A stretch of 64,000 nt of DNA from an uncultured Bacillota bacterium (GCA_946625165.1 CAMOSR010000001.1:7744-71743); one strand, 5' to 3'. Numbered from the stretch's first letter, positions 1-10,211 are shown. Notes: generated by a model not told the origin, from the sequence alone. Numbers and translations are program-made.

Positions 1-207
1 ATTTTTGATTATTTCATCAATGCCTGTTTTGATAAAATCATCTACTTGTTTATTATTTAAAGCGTCATTATCAATTAGGTGCTGAATAATATTATTTCTA
101 AGTTTATCTAGTAGGTCTTTATTTTTAAATTCGTTATAGTCGTTTGTGTCTTTGACTTCAAACTCTGTTTCAGGATGTGCGAATTCCGAAGCGAATGTTT
201 TTTCTTT
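1..207 (-). CDS. Partial CDS (N-terminus only; continues past window start). From its position after the CpaE-like gene it may be a CpaF/TadA-type secretion ATPase N-terminal region.
   Basis: ATG at 207 preceded by GGAGG; open to the window edge. The N-terminal sequence MKEKTFASEFAHPETE... is not diagnostic. The call is by gene order only (tadZ then tadA in canonical tad loci). Confidence 0.3.
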
Positions 208-221
208 CATATCTGCCCCTC

Positions 222-953
222 CTATTTTAAAATTTTATCTAGTAAGTCTTGTAAGACTAATATTCCTTTGTTTTCTGGTTTTTCTAATGATAAGATTTTT
301 CCTTCTACAGTATATTTTTGGAGGTCTTTATCATAAAATGATTTTGGTAAGATGTAATCTATGTCTCTATTTAAAGCATTTTTTATTTCAAGGTCGCTAT
401 ATCTTCTTCCGAATGCTTCATTTAAAATTATTTTGTATTTGTCTAACTCCATATCATCATAGATTGCTATCATGCTTTTCATATTTTTTAAATCCATAAG
501 ATCGTCAGTCATGACATAAATAATTTCGTCACTTCTATCAAATGCGATTAAATTTATTTCACTTGTTGCATTATTTGTATCAATTAAAATAATATCATAT
601 TTGTATTCTAGGTGTCTTATGGCGGTTTCAAACAGTCTTGGATGAACTTTTAAGGCATCTCTTGGGTCATTAGGCGCGGCTAAAATATCGATGTAATCGT
701 TATACTTACTAACATATTTTTCTATTTGATTAAATCTATTGTTCATCATGTCATCTACTAAGCTGTGAATGTTTTGATTAAAATTCACGTTTAAACTGGC
801 AGCTATGGCTCCACCACTTAAATCAAGGTCGACTATAAGTGTCTTTAGCTTTCTTTTAGATATTATCCCAGCTAGGCTTAAAGCTACTGTGCTTTTGCCA
901 GTACCGCCTTTTACTGAAGTTATCGTGATAATTTTAGCTTTATCTAATGCCAT
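222..953 (-). CDS. ParA/MinD-family P-loop ATPase, CpaE/TadZ-like (Tad pilus localisation ATPase)
   Basis: Deviant Walker A KGGTGKST near the N-terminus. 243 aa. Directly downstream of two TadE-like genes. Confidence 0.6.
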   Translation of the reverse strand: MALDKAKIITITSVKGGTGKSTVALSLAGIISKRKLKTLIVDLDLSGGAIAASLNVNFNQNIHSLVDDMMNNRFNQIEKYVSKYNDYIDILAAPNDPRDALKVHPRLFETAIRHLEYKYDIILIDTNNATSEINLIAFDRSDEIIYVMTDDLMDLKNMKSMIAIYDDMELDKYKIILNEAFGRRYSDLEIKNALNRDIDYILPKSFYDKDLQKYTVEGKILSLEKPENKGILVLQDLLDKILK

Positions 954-962
954 AAAATCCCT

Positions 963-1343
963 CTATTCTTTAATTATAATTATTTTTTCGTTTTCTTTAT
1001 ATCCTGTATATGTTATATCAATATCAAATTTATTTTTGAATATTGCTCTATAAATTGTGTTATATTGTTTTTTTACATGTATTTTAATCTTTCCATCGGA
1101 AACTTCTATATCTTTTTCACCTTCGATATTGCTGTCTAATAGTTCGGTTACCTTTTCCTTTAAGTTTTCATTCTCATGCCTTAATCCGTAGGCAATCGCT
1201 TCTTTTATTTCGCTTTCATATTTGCTTTCCACAAAAGATAAATTACCAAGTTCCCAAACTAAAGTGATTAAAATAAAAATTATAGGAATAAGTAATACGA
1301 ATATTACTAGGCTTTGTCCTTTATTAGTCATTTTCTTCTCCAT
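963..1343 (-). CDS. TadE-like pseudopilin (Flp pilus assembly)
   Basis: N-terminus KGQSLVIFVLLIPIIFILITLV resembles the TadE/TadG N-terminal domain (GQALVEF...LP). Overlaps the next TadE-like gene. Confidence 0.5.
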   Translation of the reverse strand: MEKKMTNKGQSLVIFVLLIPIIFILITLVWELGNLSFVESKYESEIKEAIAYGLRHENENLKEKVTELLDSNIEGEKDIEVSDGKIKIHVKKQYNTIYRAIFKNKFDIDITYTGYKENEKIIIIKE

Positions 1344-1668
1344 ATATGGATCTAGATGTTTCTAATTTATACTTTTTGCCTATTACTTTTGATAATATTG
1401 GGGTGTTGATTTCGATTTCTTTTTTTATCGTTAAAACTGTCATATGGTTATTCAAGCTTTCAGAAAAAACAATATTTTCACTTGCAGCATATGCAAGAAG
1501 TTCTTTTTTATCACCGTTTTGATAAAATGCTGTAATGGTATCTAGCTCTTTGTTTAGTTCATATTTGCTTAAAAAAATATTACCAACGTCAATCAAGGAC
1601 ATTAGGATTATGAGTAATACCGGTAGTATCAATATGAACTCTACTAATGCTTGCCCTTTCTTATTCAT
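1324..1668 (-). CDS. TadE-like pseudopilin
   Basis: N-terminus MNKKGQALVEFILILPVLLIILMSLIDV matches the TadE-family signature. Confidence 0.6.
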   Translation of the reverse strand: MNKKGQALVEFILILPVLLIILMSLIDVGNIFLSKYELNKELDTITAFYQNGDKKELLAYAASENIVFSESLNNHMTVLTIKKEIEINTPILSKVIGKKYKLETSRSIYGEEND

Positions 1669-1733
1669 ATTATCACACTTTCCTATTCTTTTTAATTATA
1701 TCAAATTTTATTTTCAAACACAATAAATTGGCA

Positions 1734-1768
1734 TGAAAAAATACAAGTTAGTGAGATTACTTGTATTT
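1734..1768 (-). terminator. Intrinsic terminator downstream of the 358-aa gene
   Basis: Hairpin atacaagt...acttgtat followed, on the minus strand, by a T-run. Confidence 0.4.
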
Positions 1769-1834
1769 TATTTGTTTTTTACAAAAACGTTATTTATAAT
1801 TTATAACAAACCTATGGCATTAACTATTAATAAA

Positions 1835-2911
1835 TTAGTCATAATCACAATACGAAGAGCCATCATTGTATACACCACAAAGGTATCCACCGCCTTTGAC
1901 ACGAACCCTACCATCATTAAACACATCAACAACTAAACCTCCACCATTACAGCGGAAATAGGATGTTTTATTCCAGCAACTACCATTGTGTGAAGTAAAC
2001 CAATTTTGATTTGCTGTAGTTTCTAATATGCCTCTATTAACTGTATAATAATTAGTACCTCCTCCTTGAAGGCAGTGTTCTTCATCGCTTATAAAGCATA
2101 CATAACTTTCTGTAACGTTATTATTCACAATAGTATGTTTTAAATAGTAGTTTGAAGCTGAGGATGCAAAAGTTGATACCACAGTCGGTAATTCAGTTGC
2201 ATCTGTTGTATAATCTGTTCCTTCAGTTAGTGATGCTACCGTATCATTTATAGAAAGATTATCCATACTCCATCTATATATAGTCCCCGTTCCACTGAAG
2301 GCAGGATCTGTCACTTCAAATCCACCACTACCATCATCTTGTACTGCATTTATTCCTACTGTTATTGTTTGTGATTCATTTAATGTGTAATTACTTAAAT
2401 CTGTAGTATTTTGAAACTCGGCTGATACTTTCATTGTTGTAGTTCCAGTGCTAGCAGAAAGTACTACTGCTTCTGGCATATATACTTTCCATATTATATT
2501 TCCTTTGGTTATTGTTTGATTACTTGTTACAGAGCTTCCATCTACGGTTATACTTTCTATGGCGGCATCTATACTTCCTTTATTTGCTATAGTAAGTGTA
2601 TATTCTATTTTATCTCCCGGCTGATAAAAGTTTGCACTTAGGTTTGCTATAGGAACGTAATTAGTACTGCAAGCTGTTCCATCATAACCCATAGTAGCTG
2701 CTGGACTTGTTCCAGTAGACTTTCCTTTTGTTATTTGATATGTACTTGTCTTAGTATTATCAAAACCTACACACCAGTTTGTACTAATGCTTGCCGTACC
2801 ATTTATTTGAAGATTTGTTCTAAATGCGGCAAATCCTACTGTCATAAAAAGTACTAATAAAAATAGTCCTATTATTACATAATTTCTTTTATCTCTTGCG
2901 CTTTGCCTCAT
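1835..2911 (-). CDS. Secreted or surface protein with a Cys-rich C-terminus. The N-terminal signal resembles the TasA/camelysin (SipW-cognate) class.
   Basis: Basic N-terminus, then a hydrophobic segment ending VGFAAFRTNLQINGTAS. Eight Cys in the last roughly 90 aa. Sits at the end of the Tad-like cluster. Confidence 0.4.
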   Translation of the reverse strand: MRQSARDKRNYVIIGLFLLVLFMTVGFAAFRTNLQINGTASISTNWCVGFDNTKTSTYQITKGKSTGTSPAATMGYDGTACSTNYVPIANLSANFYQPGDKIEYTLTIANKGSIDAAIESITVDGSSVTSNQTITKGNIIWKVYMPEAVVLSASTGTTTMKVSAEFQNTTDLSNYTLNESQTITVGINAVQDDGSGGFEVTDPAFSGTGTIYRWSMDNLSINDTVASLTEGTDYTTDATELPTVVSTFASSASNYYLKHTIVNNNVTESYVCFISDEEHCLQGGGTNYYTVNRGILETTANQNWFTSHNGSCWNKTSYFRCNGGGLVVDVFNDGRVRVKGGGYLCGVYNDGSSYCDYD

Positions 2912-2956
2912 ATATTTCCTACTTTCTATATTCTAATAAAAGCTTATCAAAAATGG

Positions 2957-2996
2957 CGGAAAAAAACAAGTAATATTTTCCATGAATCACTTGTTT
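2957..2996 (-). terminator. Intrinsic terminator downstream of mutS
   Basis: Hairpin aaacaagt / acttgttt, then a T-run on the minus strand. Confidence 0.4.
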
Positions 2997-3073
2997 CTTT
3001 TGAATTTTACACTTCGATAAAGAAGTAGATATAAATTAATTCACGTTAGTGAGATATTTATTTGTAGCTGGAT

Positions 3074-5623
3074 TTATTTTATTTTTTTTAATTTGTATAA
3101 AATATTTAGGGCTTCCATCGGTGTTATTTCTAGGGGGTTTATTTTTTCTAGTTCTTCTTCGACTTTTGATTTTTGAGGTATCAATTCATCTAACGGTAAT
3201 GATTCTTGGATTTTAATATCGCGTTTCTTTTCACTATTTTCATAAATTTTTAATATTTCATCAGATCTTTTAATTAGTGAATCTGGAAGTCCTGCTAGTT
3301 TAGCAACATGAATTCCGTAGCTTTTATCAACGCTACCTTCTTTTATTTTATGAAGAAAGACAAGTTTTCCTTCTTCTTCATAGGCACTTACATGGATGTT
3401 TTTTAAATGTTTTAGTGTTTTTTCTAAGTCAGTAAGTTCGTGGTAATGGGTTGAGAAAAATGTTTTTCCTTTGATGTTTTCGTGAATATATTCAATAATT
3501 GATTGGGCTAGTGCCATGCCATCAAAGGTAGCTGTTCCTCTTCCGAGTTCGTCAAAAAGTATTAGGCTTTTATTTGTGGCGTTTGTTATGGCGTTATTAG
3601 CTTCCATCATTTCAACCATAAATGTAGATTCTCCGCTTACTAAGTCATCTGAAGCTCCAATTCTTGTAAATATGGCATCAAAAATCGGTATTTTAGCTTC
3701 TTTAGCTGGGACAAAGCAGCCTATTTGTGCCATAACTGTAGTAATAGCCATTTGACGCATATAAGTAGATTTACCAGCCATGTTTGGACCAGTTATTAAT
3801 AAGATATTTGTATTCTTATCCATGATGATATCGTTAGATACAAATTCTTTAGTGATAACTTTTTCAACAACGGGATGTCTTGAATCTTTTATGTATAATT
3901 CATCTTCAGTTAACACCGGCCTTATATAATTATTTGTTTCACTGACGGTGGCAAATGAGCATAGAACATCTATTTCACTTATTATTTTAGCTATTTTTTG
4001 AAGGTTTGGTATATATTTTTTTACTTCATTTCTTATTTCGGTAAATAGGTTATATTCAAGTTCGATAATTTTTTCTTCAGCATTTAATATTAGGGCTTCT
4101 TTTTCTTTTAATATAGGGCTTATAAATCTTTCAGCATTTACTAGGGTTTGTTTTCTTTCATAACCCCACTCATCTTTTACGGAACTTAAGTTTCCTTTAC
4201 TAATTTCAATGTAATAGCCGAAGACTCTATTATAGGCAACTTTTAGGTTTTTAATTCCGGTTTTTTCTCTTTCTTCTTTTTCAAATCTAGCAATAAAATC
4301 TTTGCCGCCTTTTCTTAATGTTTTAAGTTCATCTAGTTCAGAATTAAAGCCATTTTTTATTAGGAATCCCTCTTTAATGCTTACTGGTGGCTCTTCATAA
4401 ATACTTTTTTCTAACAGGTCATATATGTTATCTAATGTTTCCATGTCTTCATGAAAGTTAATTTTGTTTAGTATTTTTTTTATTTGTGGTAGTGCCTTAA
4501 GAGAAGTTTTTAGCTGGAGCATATCTTTCCCATTGGCGTTGCCAAAGGCAATTTTACCACTTAATCTTTCTAAGTCGTATACTTCTAGCAAATATTTTTC
4601 TAGGTCGCTTTTTAATATAAATTCTTTTAATAGCGTCTCGACCATATCATATCTTTGTTCAATTTTTTCTTTATCAACTAAGGGGTTTAGGATATATTTT
4701 TTTAATAGTCTTGCGCCCATGGCAGTTTTGGTTTTATCTAAAAGCCATATAAGTGAATAGTTTCTCTGCTTTAATCTTAGGGTTTCAGTTAGTTCTAGAT
4801 TTCTTTTGGTATGAATGTCCATTTTTAAATGGTCTTCAGATTTTCTAATTTGCAGTTTTTGGAGGTGTGATAAATCGCTTTTTTGATTATGTACTATGTA
4901 GGCGATTAAATGTTTTACAGATTCTATAAGTCTATAGTCCGTTATGTCATTATATATGTATGAATAATTATCGGATGTTTCATCAGTTATAGTAAGTGGC
5001 ATATTAAATTCTTTTTTTAAAACTGAATATATATTTTTATCGACTTTTGAGGTCATTATAACTTCTTTAATGCCTAAATTTACGATTTCATTTACTACTT
5101 TTAATGGTGAGTGTTCAGTTAAAAAGGCGCTTACTTCACCAGTTGATACATCAGCATAGCTTATGGCATAGGCATGTTTAAAGTCAGTTATACTGGCAAT
5201 ATAATTAAAGTCAGTTGCATCTAGTGTTTCTCCTTCCATAATGGTGCCAGAGCTTATTATTTGGATAATTCCTCTTTTTACGATGCCTTTGACACTTTTA
5301 GGGTCTTCTAATTGCTCTACAATTCCAATTTTATATCCTTTTTCAATTAATTTATCGATATAAGTACTCGAAGCATGAAATGGAATTCCGCACATTGGCA
5401 CTCTTTCTTCTAAGCCGCATGATTTTCCTGTTAAAGTAAGTTCTAACTCTCTACTTACTTTTTCTGCATCATCGAAAAACATTTCGTAAAAATCCCCTAG
5501 TCTAAAAAAGATTATTAAATCTTCGTTTTCATTTTTTATTTCTAGATATTGTTTCATCATAGGTGTTACTTTATTCATATCTACACTTTTTCTATCCATA
5601 ACGTTCACTTCCATTTTTTTCAT
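3074..5623 (-). CDS. mutS: DNA mismatch repair protein MutS
   Basis: 849 aa. N-terminal mismatch-binding region MKQYLEIKNE..LGDFYEMFFDDA. ATPase motif TGPNMAGKSTYMRQ. Confidence 0.9.
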   Translation of the reverse strand: MKKMEVNVMDRKSVDMNKVTPMMKQYLEIKNENEDLIIFFRLGDFYEMFFDDAEKVSRELELTLTGKSCGLEERVPMCGIPFHASSTYIDKLIEKGYKIGIVEQLEDPKSVKGIVKRGIIQIISSGTIMEGETLDATDFNYIASITDFKHAYAISYADVSTGEVSAFLTEHSPLKVVNEIVNLGIKEVIMTSKVDKNIYSVLKKEFNMPLTITDETSDNYSYIYNDITDYRLIESVKHLIAYIVHNQKSDLSHLQKLQIRKSEDHLKMDIHTKRNLELTETLRLKQRNYSLIWLLDKTKTAMGARLLKKYILNPLVDKEKIEQRYDMVETLLKEFILKSDLEKYLLEVYDLERLSGKIAFGNANGKDMLQLKTSLKALPQIKKILNKINFHEDMETLDNIYDLLEKSIYEEPPVSIKEGFLIKNGFNSELDELKTLRKGGKDFIARFEKEEREKTGIKNLKVAYNRVFGYYIEISKGNLSSVKDEWGYERKQTLVNAERFISPILKEKEALILNAEEKIIELEYNLFTEIRNEVKKYIPNLQKIAKIISEIDVLCSFATVSETNNYIRPVLTEDELYIKDSRHPVVEKVITKEFVSNDIIMDKNTNILLITGPNMAGKSTYMRQMAITTVMAQIGCFVPAKEAKIPIFDAIFTRIGASDDLVSGESTFMVEMMEANNAITNATNKSLILFDELGRGTATFDGMALAQSIIEYIHENIKGKTFFSTHYHELTDLEKTLKHLKNIHVSAYEEEGKLVFLHKIKEGSVDKSYGIHVAKLAGLPDSLIKRSDEILKIYENSEKKRDIKIQESLPLDELIPQKSKVEEELEKINPLEITPMEALNILYKLKKIK

Positions 5624-5678
5624 GTTTTATTATAACATGATTTTTCTTTCATTTTCAAACAAAAAGACAAATAGTATA

Positions 5679-6512
5679 TCATTTGCCTTCTTTAATAGCT
5701 ATTAATTTTTCTATAGGTACATCAGTATATTTAGAAATTGTATCGACATCTAAATTTTGCTTAAGCATATTTTTAATTATTAAGTTTTCTTTTTCTTTTT
5801 CTCCTTTTAAAATCCCTTGTTTTTCTGATCTTGATTTAATGGTATTGATAATAAGTTCTTCTTTTTCAGCTGATAGAAACTCTATCATTTCTTCATCGCT
5901 ATTTAAATTGTTGACTACTTTTTCAAATTTTTCCATTTTTTCGTCTCCCTTGCACAATGTACTTAATTCTTCTTTATTGGCATCTAAAGCAGATAAAAAC
6001 CTTGAACTAATATTATTATATTCTTTTTGTTTTATTTTGGCTATATTGAATTCATAAATTTGAAGTTTATCTGTAAATTTTCTTTTATTATTTTTGTCTA
6101 TCAATTCATATTTACTTATTTCAGGGTAGTTTTTATTTAAAGCAAATGATAAATTTATTTGGATGATATTTGGAAAATTATCGTAATTTTCTGATTCTTT
6201 TACTTCATCACCAAATTTAGTAAATATGTAAGCAGCATTTCTAATTCTAATATAATCATCACTTACTAAGTTCACTTCAATATTATATATGTCATTATTT
6301 TTATCTCTTACTATTACATCTAATGCCTTGCCTTTTATGTGAATATTGTGTTTTGGAATTTCTGGTGAGAGTACTTTTTCTATTTCAACATCTTTATTGA
6401 TAGTACTTTTTAAAAGAAGTTTTAATAAATCTCTATTATCGGGATTTAGAAAAATTGCTTTAAACATTAGATCGTATTTAGCTTCATAGAAGTCTTTTTT
6501 TACTTTTGGCAT
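5679..6512 (-). CDS. Rpn/YhgA-like PD-(D/E)XK nuclease (putative transposase family, TIGR01784-like)
   Basis: N-terminus KYDLMFKAIF and the core DVIVRDKNNDIYNIEVNL, typical of this multicopy Firmicute family. Confidence 0.5.
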   Translation of the reverse strand: MPKVKKDFYEAKYDLMFKAIFLNPDNRDLLKLLLKSTINKDVEIEKVLSPEIPKHNIHIKGKALDVIVRDKNNDIYNIEVNLVSDDYIRIRNAAYIFTKFGDEVKESENYDNFPNIIQINLSFALNKNYPEISKYELIDKNNKRKFTDKLQIYEFNIAKIKQKEYNNISSRFLSALDANKEELSTLCKGDEKMEKFEKVVNNLNSDEEMIEFLSAEKEELIINTIKSRSEKQGILKGEKEKENLIIKNMLKQNLDVDTISKYTDVPIEKLIAIKEGK

Positions 6513-6562
6513 TTTTACCCTCCTTATTTATTAATATACTGGGTAAAATCTCTATTTCCTTT

Positions 6563-7564
6563 TTATTTTGTTAAATATCTTAAAGCTTCTTCAAATGTCT
6601 CTACTGGGATTATATCTATATTATATCCTCTTTCTTCTTTTAGTTTTTTAGCTTCTTTATAATTATCTCCTTCTGGCACTAGAAAAACATCGGCTTTTTC
6701 TTTTATCGCACCTATTAATTTGTATTTAACTCCGCTAATTTGTCCAACATTACCATCTATATCAATTGTTCCTGTTCCAACTATTTTTTTGCCGTTCGTT
6801 AAATCAATTTTATTTAAGTTACTATATATTGTTAAGGCTAGCATAAGCCCTCCTGATGGTCCTGATTCACGATCTTCGAAATTAAATTTTATTTGTCTAT
6901 TTGACTTTATTTCAAAGTCTTCAGTTAATAAAGCACCAACTTTGGGTTCACCATTTACATCAATTAAGGTAGCTGTTTTCGTTTTTTCTTTTTTATTTTT
7001 TATAATTTTGAATGTAATTTTATCACCAGGTTTTTTTGAGCCAATGTATGAAAATAAGTAATTTTTATTTGTTACTTTATGGCCATCAACTTGGGTTATT
7101 TGGTCACCAACTTTTAAATTTGTGTTGGCAAGCTTGTCAATGTATGTAATATATATTTTGTTATTTTTAATTTCATAATTTATGTTTGAATGTTTATAGG
7201 CGACAAGTTCAGCTGTTTTGTTAGATTCGGTTAGTAGCATATGATTTCGATATTCCATATCTTCAACGCTTTCACTTTCTTTAATGGCCTTAGTTTCCTT
7301 TTCAGTGTCCCAGTCTTTGGCAAATAAAGACCATATGTAAGTTGGAATTGTCGCGTGCATTTCTGATACATAAGCCATGTTTAACGAGCCTTTTAAGTTG
7401 AAAGTTTCATTAGTTGTTACTTTTTTGCTTGTATCTAGTATTCCTCCTGGTGCGGAGATATAATATGGAAGATTTATTGTAAATATACAAAATATTAATG
7501 CATAGATTATTAGTAATTTATAGTGCTGTTTAATATTTTTCTTTAGTTTTTCATATATTTTCAT
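6563..7564 (-). CDS. YlbL/SepM-like membrane PDZ protein with a Lon-type (S16) C-terminal protease domain
   Basis: N-terminal transmembrane segment, PDZ-like middle, GPSGGLMLALTIYSNL Lon proteolytic motif. Adjacent to a ylbJ-like gene, as in Bacillus. Confidence 0.6.
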   Translation of the reverse strand: MKIYEKLKKNIKQHYKLLIIYALIFCIFTINLPYYISAPGGILDTSKKVTTNETFNLKGSLNMAYVSEMHATIPTYIWSLFAKDWDTEKETKAIKESESVEDMEYRNHMLLTESNKTAELVAYKHSNINYEIKNNKIYITYIDKLANTNLKVGDQITQVDGHKVTNKNYLFSYIGSKKPGDKITFKIIKNKKEKTKTATLIDVNGEPKVGALLTEDFEIKSNRQIKFNFEDRESGPSGGLMLALTIYSNLNKIDLTNGKKIVGTGTIDIDGNVGQISGVKYKLIGAIKEKADVFLVPEGDNYKEAKKLKEERGYNIDIIPVETFEEALRYLTK

Positions 7565-7611
7565 AGGTTAGTCCTTTCTACAATTAAATTTATTAAAAAT
7601 AAGGTGAATTT

Positions 7612-8583
7612 ATGAGAAAACTTATCAGTGTGTTTATTATGATAGTTTTGCTTTTTATTGGGTTTGAAATTTTAGCAGAATCAGAAAGCATTTTAGAATC
7701 TGTAGTTTTTTCTTTAAATATATTTAAAAATAATATTTTCCCTTCGTTATTTCCTTTTCTAGTTTTATCTAGTTTACTTATTAGATATGGTTTTGTAGAA
7801 CTTTTTAGTGACTTATTTAAAGGGATTATGAATAAGCTTTTTAGGATAGATAGTAAATGTGCGTTTATTTTTTTTATGAGCATTATATCAGGAAATCCGG
7901 CTAATGCCAAATATACTAGAGAGCTTTATTTAAATGGAGAAATTAATAAGTATGAAGCTACTAAGATTCTTTGCTTTAGCTGTTTTACTTCACCTTTGTT
8001 TATTTTAGGAACTGTAACTTTGCTTTTAAATAATAAGGAAGTTGGGCTTTTAATACTTATTTGTCATTATTTAGGCAATGTAATTGTTGGAATTTTAATG
8101 CGAGGTTTTCATCCAAGCGTGACTTGTCATGAGAAATTTAGTTTAAAAAAAGCTATTGATAATATGCATATGAAAAGAATTAGTAATAACGAAAGTTTTG
8201 GGGTAATTATTACTAATTCTATAGTAAATAGTATAAATACTTTACTTTTGATATTGGGTGTTATCACGGTGTGTTTGGTTCTTACTACTATAATTGATAA
8301 CAATATTAATTTAAATAGTACTTTACAAAGTATATTAAATGGATTTGTTGAAATGACTCAGGGGCTTAAATATATTAGCCTAGAGCCTATTCCTCTAAAA
8401 CTTAAATGCACTCTTACTGTTATGATTTTATCATTTGGTGGGGTATCTGTGCATATGCAGATAATGAGTATTCTTTCTGATACGGATATTAAATATTTGC
8501 CTTTTTTATGTACAAGAATAATTTGTAGTATTATTTCGTCTTTTTTGGTTTTTATTTTATTTGATTTTTGGATTAATTTATAG
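7612..8583 (+). CDS. YlbJ-like sporulation integral membrane protein (nucleoside-recognition/Gate domains)
   Basis: Polytopic membrane protein of 323 aa. Synteny with the ylbL-like gene. Confidence 0.45.
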   Translation: MRKLISVFIMIVLLFIGFEILAESESILESVVFSLNIFKNNIFPSLFPFLVLSSLLIRYGFVELFSDLFKGIMNKLFRIDSKCAFIFFMSIISGNPANAKYTRELYLNGEINKYEATKILCFSCFTSPLFILGTVTLLLNNKEVGLLILICHYLGNVIVGILMRGFHPSVTCHEKFSLKKAIDNMHMKRISNNESFGVIITNSIVNSINTLLLILGVITVCLVLTTIIDNNINLNSTLQSILNGFVEMTQGLKYISLEPIPLKLKCTLTVMILSFGGVSVHMQIMSILSDTDIKYLPFLCTRIICSIISSFLVFILFDFWINL

Positions 8584-9022
8584 TGTAATAATAAACCACA
8601 TTGTATTCGTAGTCCTCTGAGAGGTTGGGACTTTTAAGTTTAAAATAGACTTTTAAATAGCAGTCATCGTTTAAGCAAGATGACATTAAATTCGCGTCGT
8701 TTATTGTTAAATTTTTATCGCCATCTTTAGGCATATCAAAGATTTGACCGGCCACTATGACATTATTTTCGTTTATGGTTATTAGTTTTTGGCCGTTTGC
8801 GGTGCATGATAGTCCTCTGCAGCTAATTGTACCTTTTTTTGGCATGTTATATTTTATGTTTTTTGATATAATAGCTAATCTTTCCTCACAATTTGTTTTT
8901 ATTGCTGTTTCGACAAAAACATCTTTTACGTTTATTAAAACTTCAAAGAGGAAAACACTGATAACCATGGTCAAGGCAAATGAGGCGATTAATTCAACAA
9001 CAGTAAAGCCATTTTTTTTCAT
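8573..9022 (-). CDS. Type IV pilin-like protein (prepilin N-terminal methylation domain), Cys-rich
   Basis: N-terminus MKKNGFTVVELIASFALTMVI, the class III signal peptide motif (G/FTxxE). Confidence 0.55.
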   Translation of the reverse strand: MKKNGFTVVELIASFALTMVISVFLFEVLINVKDVFVETAIKTNCEERLAIISKNIKYNMPKKGTISCRGLSCTANGQKLITINENNVIVAGQIFDMPKDGDKNLTINDANLMSSCLNDDCYLKVYFKLKSPNLSEDYEYNVVYYYTIN

Positions 9023-9035
9023 ATATTTCCCCTTT

Positions 9036-10211
9036 CTATTTTATTATGTAAGGATCTTCAGAGGTCCCACTGCCAGTAATCTCGCTAGGCAATATATATA
9101 TAACTGGGCGAACATCTAAACTATTATTTAAAAGTATATTGTCAATATTTCCTTCACTATTTACATATGGTATTAAATTCGTACTATTTTGACCAAGAAG
9201 CCACCAATTTTTACGTGAAATATATAGATAATTTGAGTTTTCATTATCGGTGTTTGCGGCTAAGTATTCACTTGGTGAAAGCAATCCTACTTTACCTTTC
9301 CAATTTATTTTACTATTAGGTGTTTCAATGTTAAAGTCGTGTTCAATTATTTTGTCGTTTTGTTTAAGGCCGTTTATGAATTCACTGTTTAAATATTTTT
9401 GTATGGTTGCTTGATTCCAACTATTTGTATTATCATCCCAAGTCATTTGTCTATTCAATGGCTCATTTTTTATTATTTTAATACTGTTATCGGCTTCTAT
9501 AGAAAGTATGCGCCAAGTACTTTCACTAAAAGTCATATAATTATTTGGATTAGTTCCTTTATAAATATATCTATCTCTAGTTTCATTATCCTTATATAGG
9601 CCGTCTCCTGAAGTTACTATATTGTTTAAAATGTTTGAAAATATTGTTTTGTTAGATGAATTTATATTTTGATCAAAGGCGATGGTCGCAAAGTTGCCAT
9701 TTTCAAATTCAGCAATGAATCTACCTTTGTTTTCAATTTTTGTTGTGTTTAATCTTTTAATGAAGTCTTTCATTTCTTGGCTTAGATTGCCGTCATTTTG
9801 AAGACTTGTTTTTAAAGTGCTGGTGTCTGATTTTGTAAGTATCATAAATTTCAATTCCATGGCTTCTCCTAATGTTTGGCACATAGATTTATCTTGAAGA
9901 TCAATATTTTGACAGTAGTTATTGCTGTCTTTATTATAAATCACTATATAACTGCTTTTAGTTTCTTTTAGTTGATCTGTCAAAGTATTGCTAGGGTTTG
10001 AGGCTTTTTTTAGGTAGTCAGCCATAGAACCTAAATCATATATATTTTGTGTGTTATTATATGTATAACTTTTTTTATAATTAATCATTAGGGTCCTAAA
10101 CTGGACAAAAAGAAAAATTAATATTGTCAAGACAAAGGTTGAAACTATTAAAGATTCAGCAAGTAAAAAGCCCCTATTATTCATTTTCGACATTCTTTTC
10201 ACCTTTTTCAA
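9036..10211 (-). CDS. Large pilin-like protein (minor pilin or tip-adhesin candidate)
   Basis: N-terminus NNRGFLLAESLIVSTFVLTIL is prepilin-like. C-terminal domain of about 340 aa. Confidence 0.45.
   Translation of the reverse strand: MKKVKRMSKMNNRGFLLAESLIVSTFVLTILIFLFVQFRTLMINYKKSYTYNNTQNIYDLGSMADYLKKASNPSNTLTDQLKETKSSYIVIYNKDSNNYCQNIDLQDKSMCQTLGEAMELKFMILTKSDTSTLKTSLQNDGNLSQEMKDFIKRLNTTKIENKGRFIAEFENGNFATIAFDQNINSSNKTIFSNILNNIVTSGDGLYKDNETRDRYIYKGTNPNNYMTFSESTWRILSIEADNSIKIIKNEPLNRQMTWDDNTNSWNQATIQKYLNSEFINGLKQNDKIIEHDFNIETPNSKINWKGKVGLLSPSEYLAANTDNENSNYLYISRKNWWLLGQNSTNLIPYVNSEGNIDNILLNNSLDVRPVIYILPSEITGSGTSEDPYIIK

Noticed and set aside
146-499. Plus-strand ORFs lying inside minus-strand genes (for example 146-499, 805-1053, 3516-3755, 4464-4760, 5683-6057, 6720-7061, 13173-13523, 27888-28170, 53766-54365 and others)
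   Set aside because: They lie antisense within well-supported conserved genes. Their translations are low-complexity and hydrophobic and are typical AT-rich shadow ORFs.
1712-3051. The 11-mer GTTAGTGAGAT present both in the terminator loop at 1712 and upstream of the 358-aa gene at 3041
   Set aside because: A single short shared word in AT-rich DNA, with no supporting palindrome or spacing to suggest an operator.
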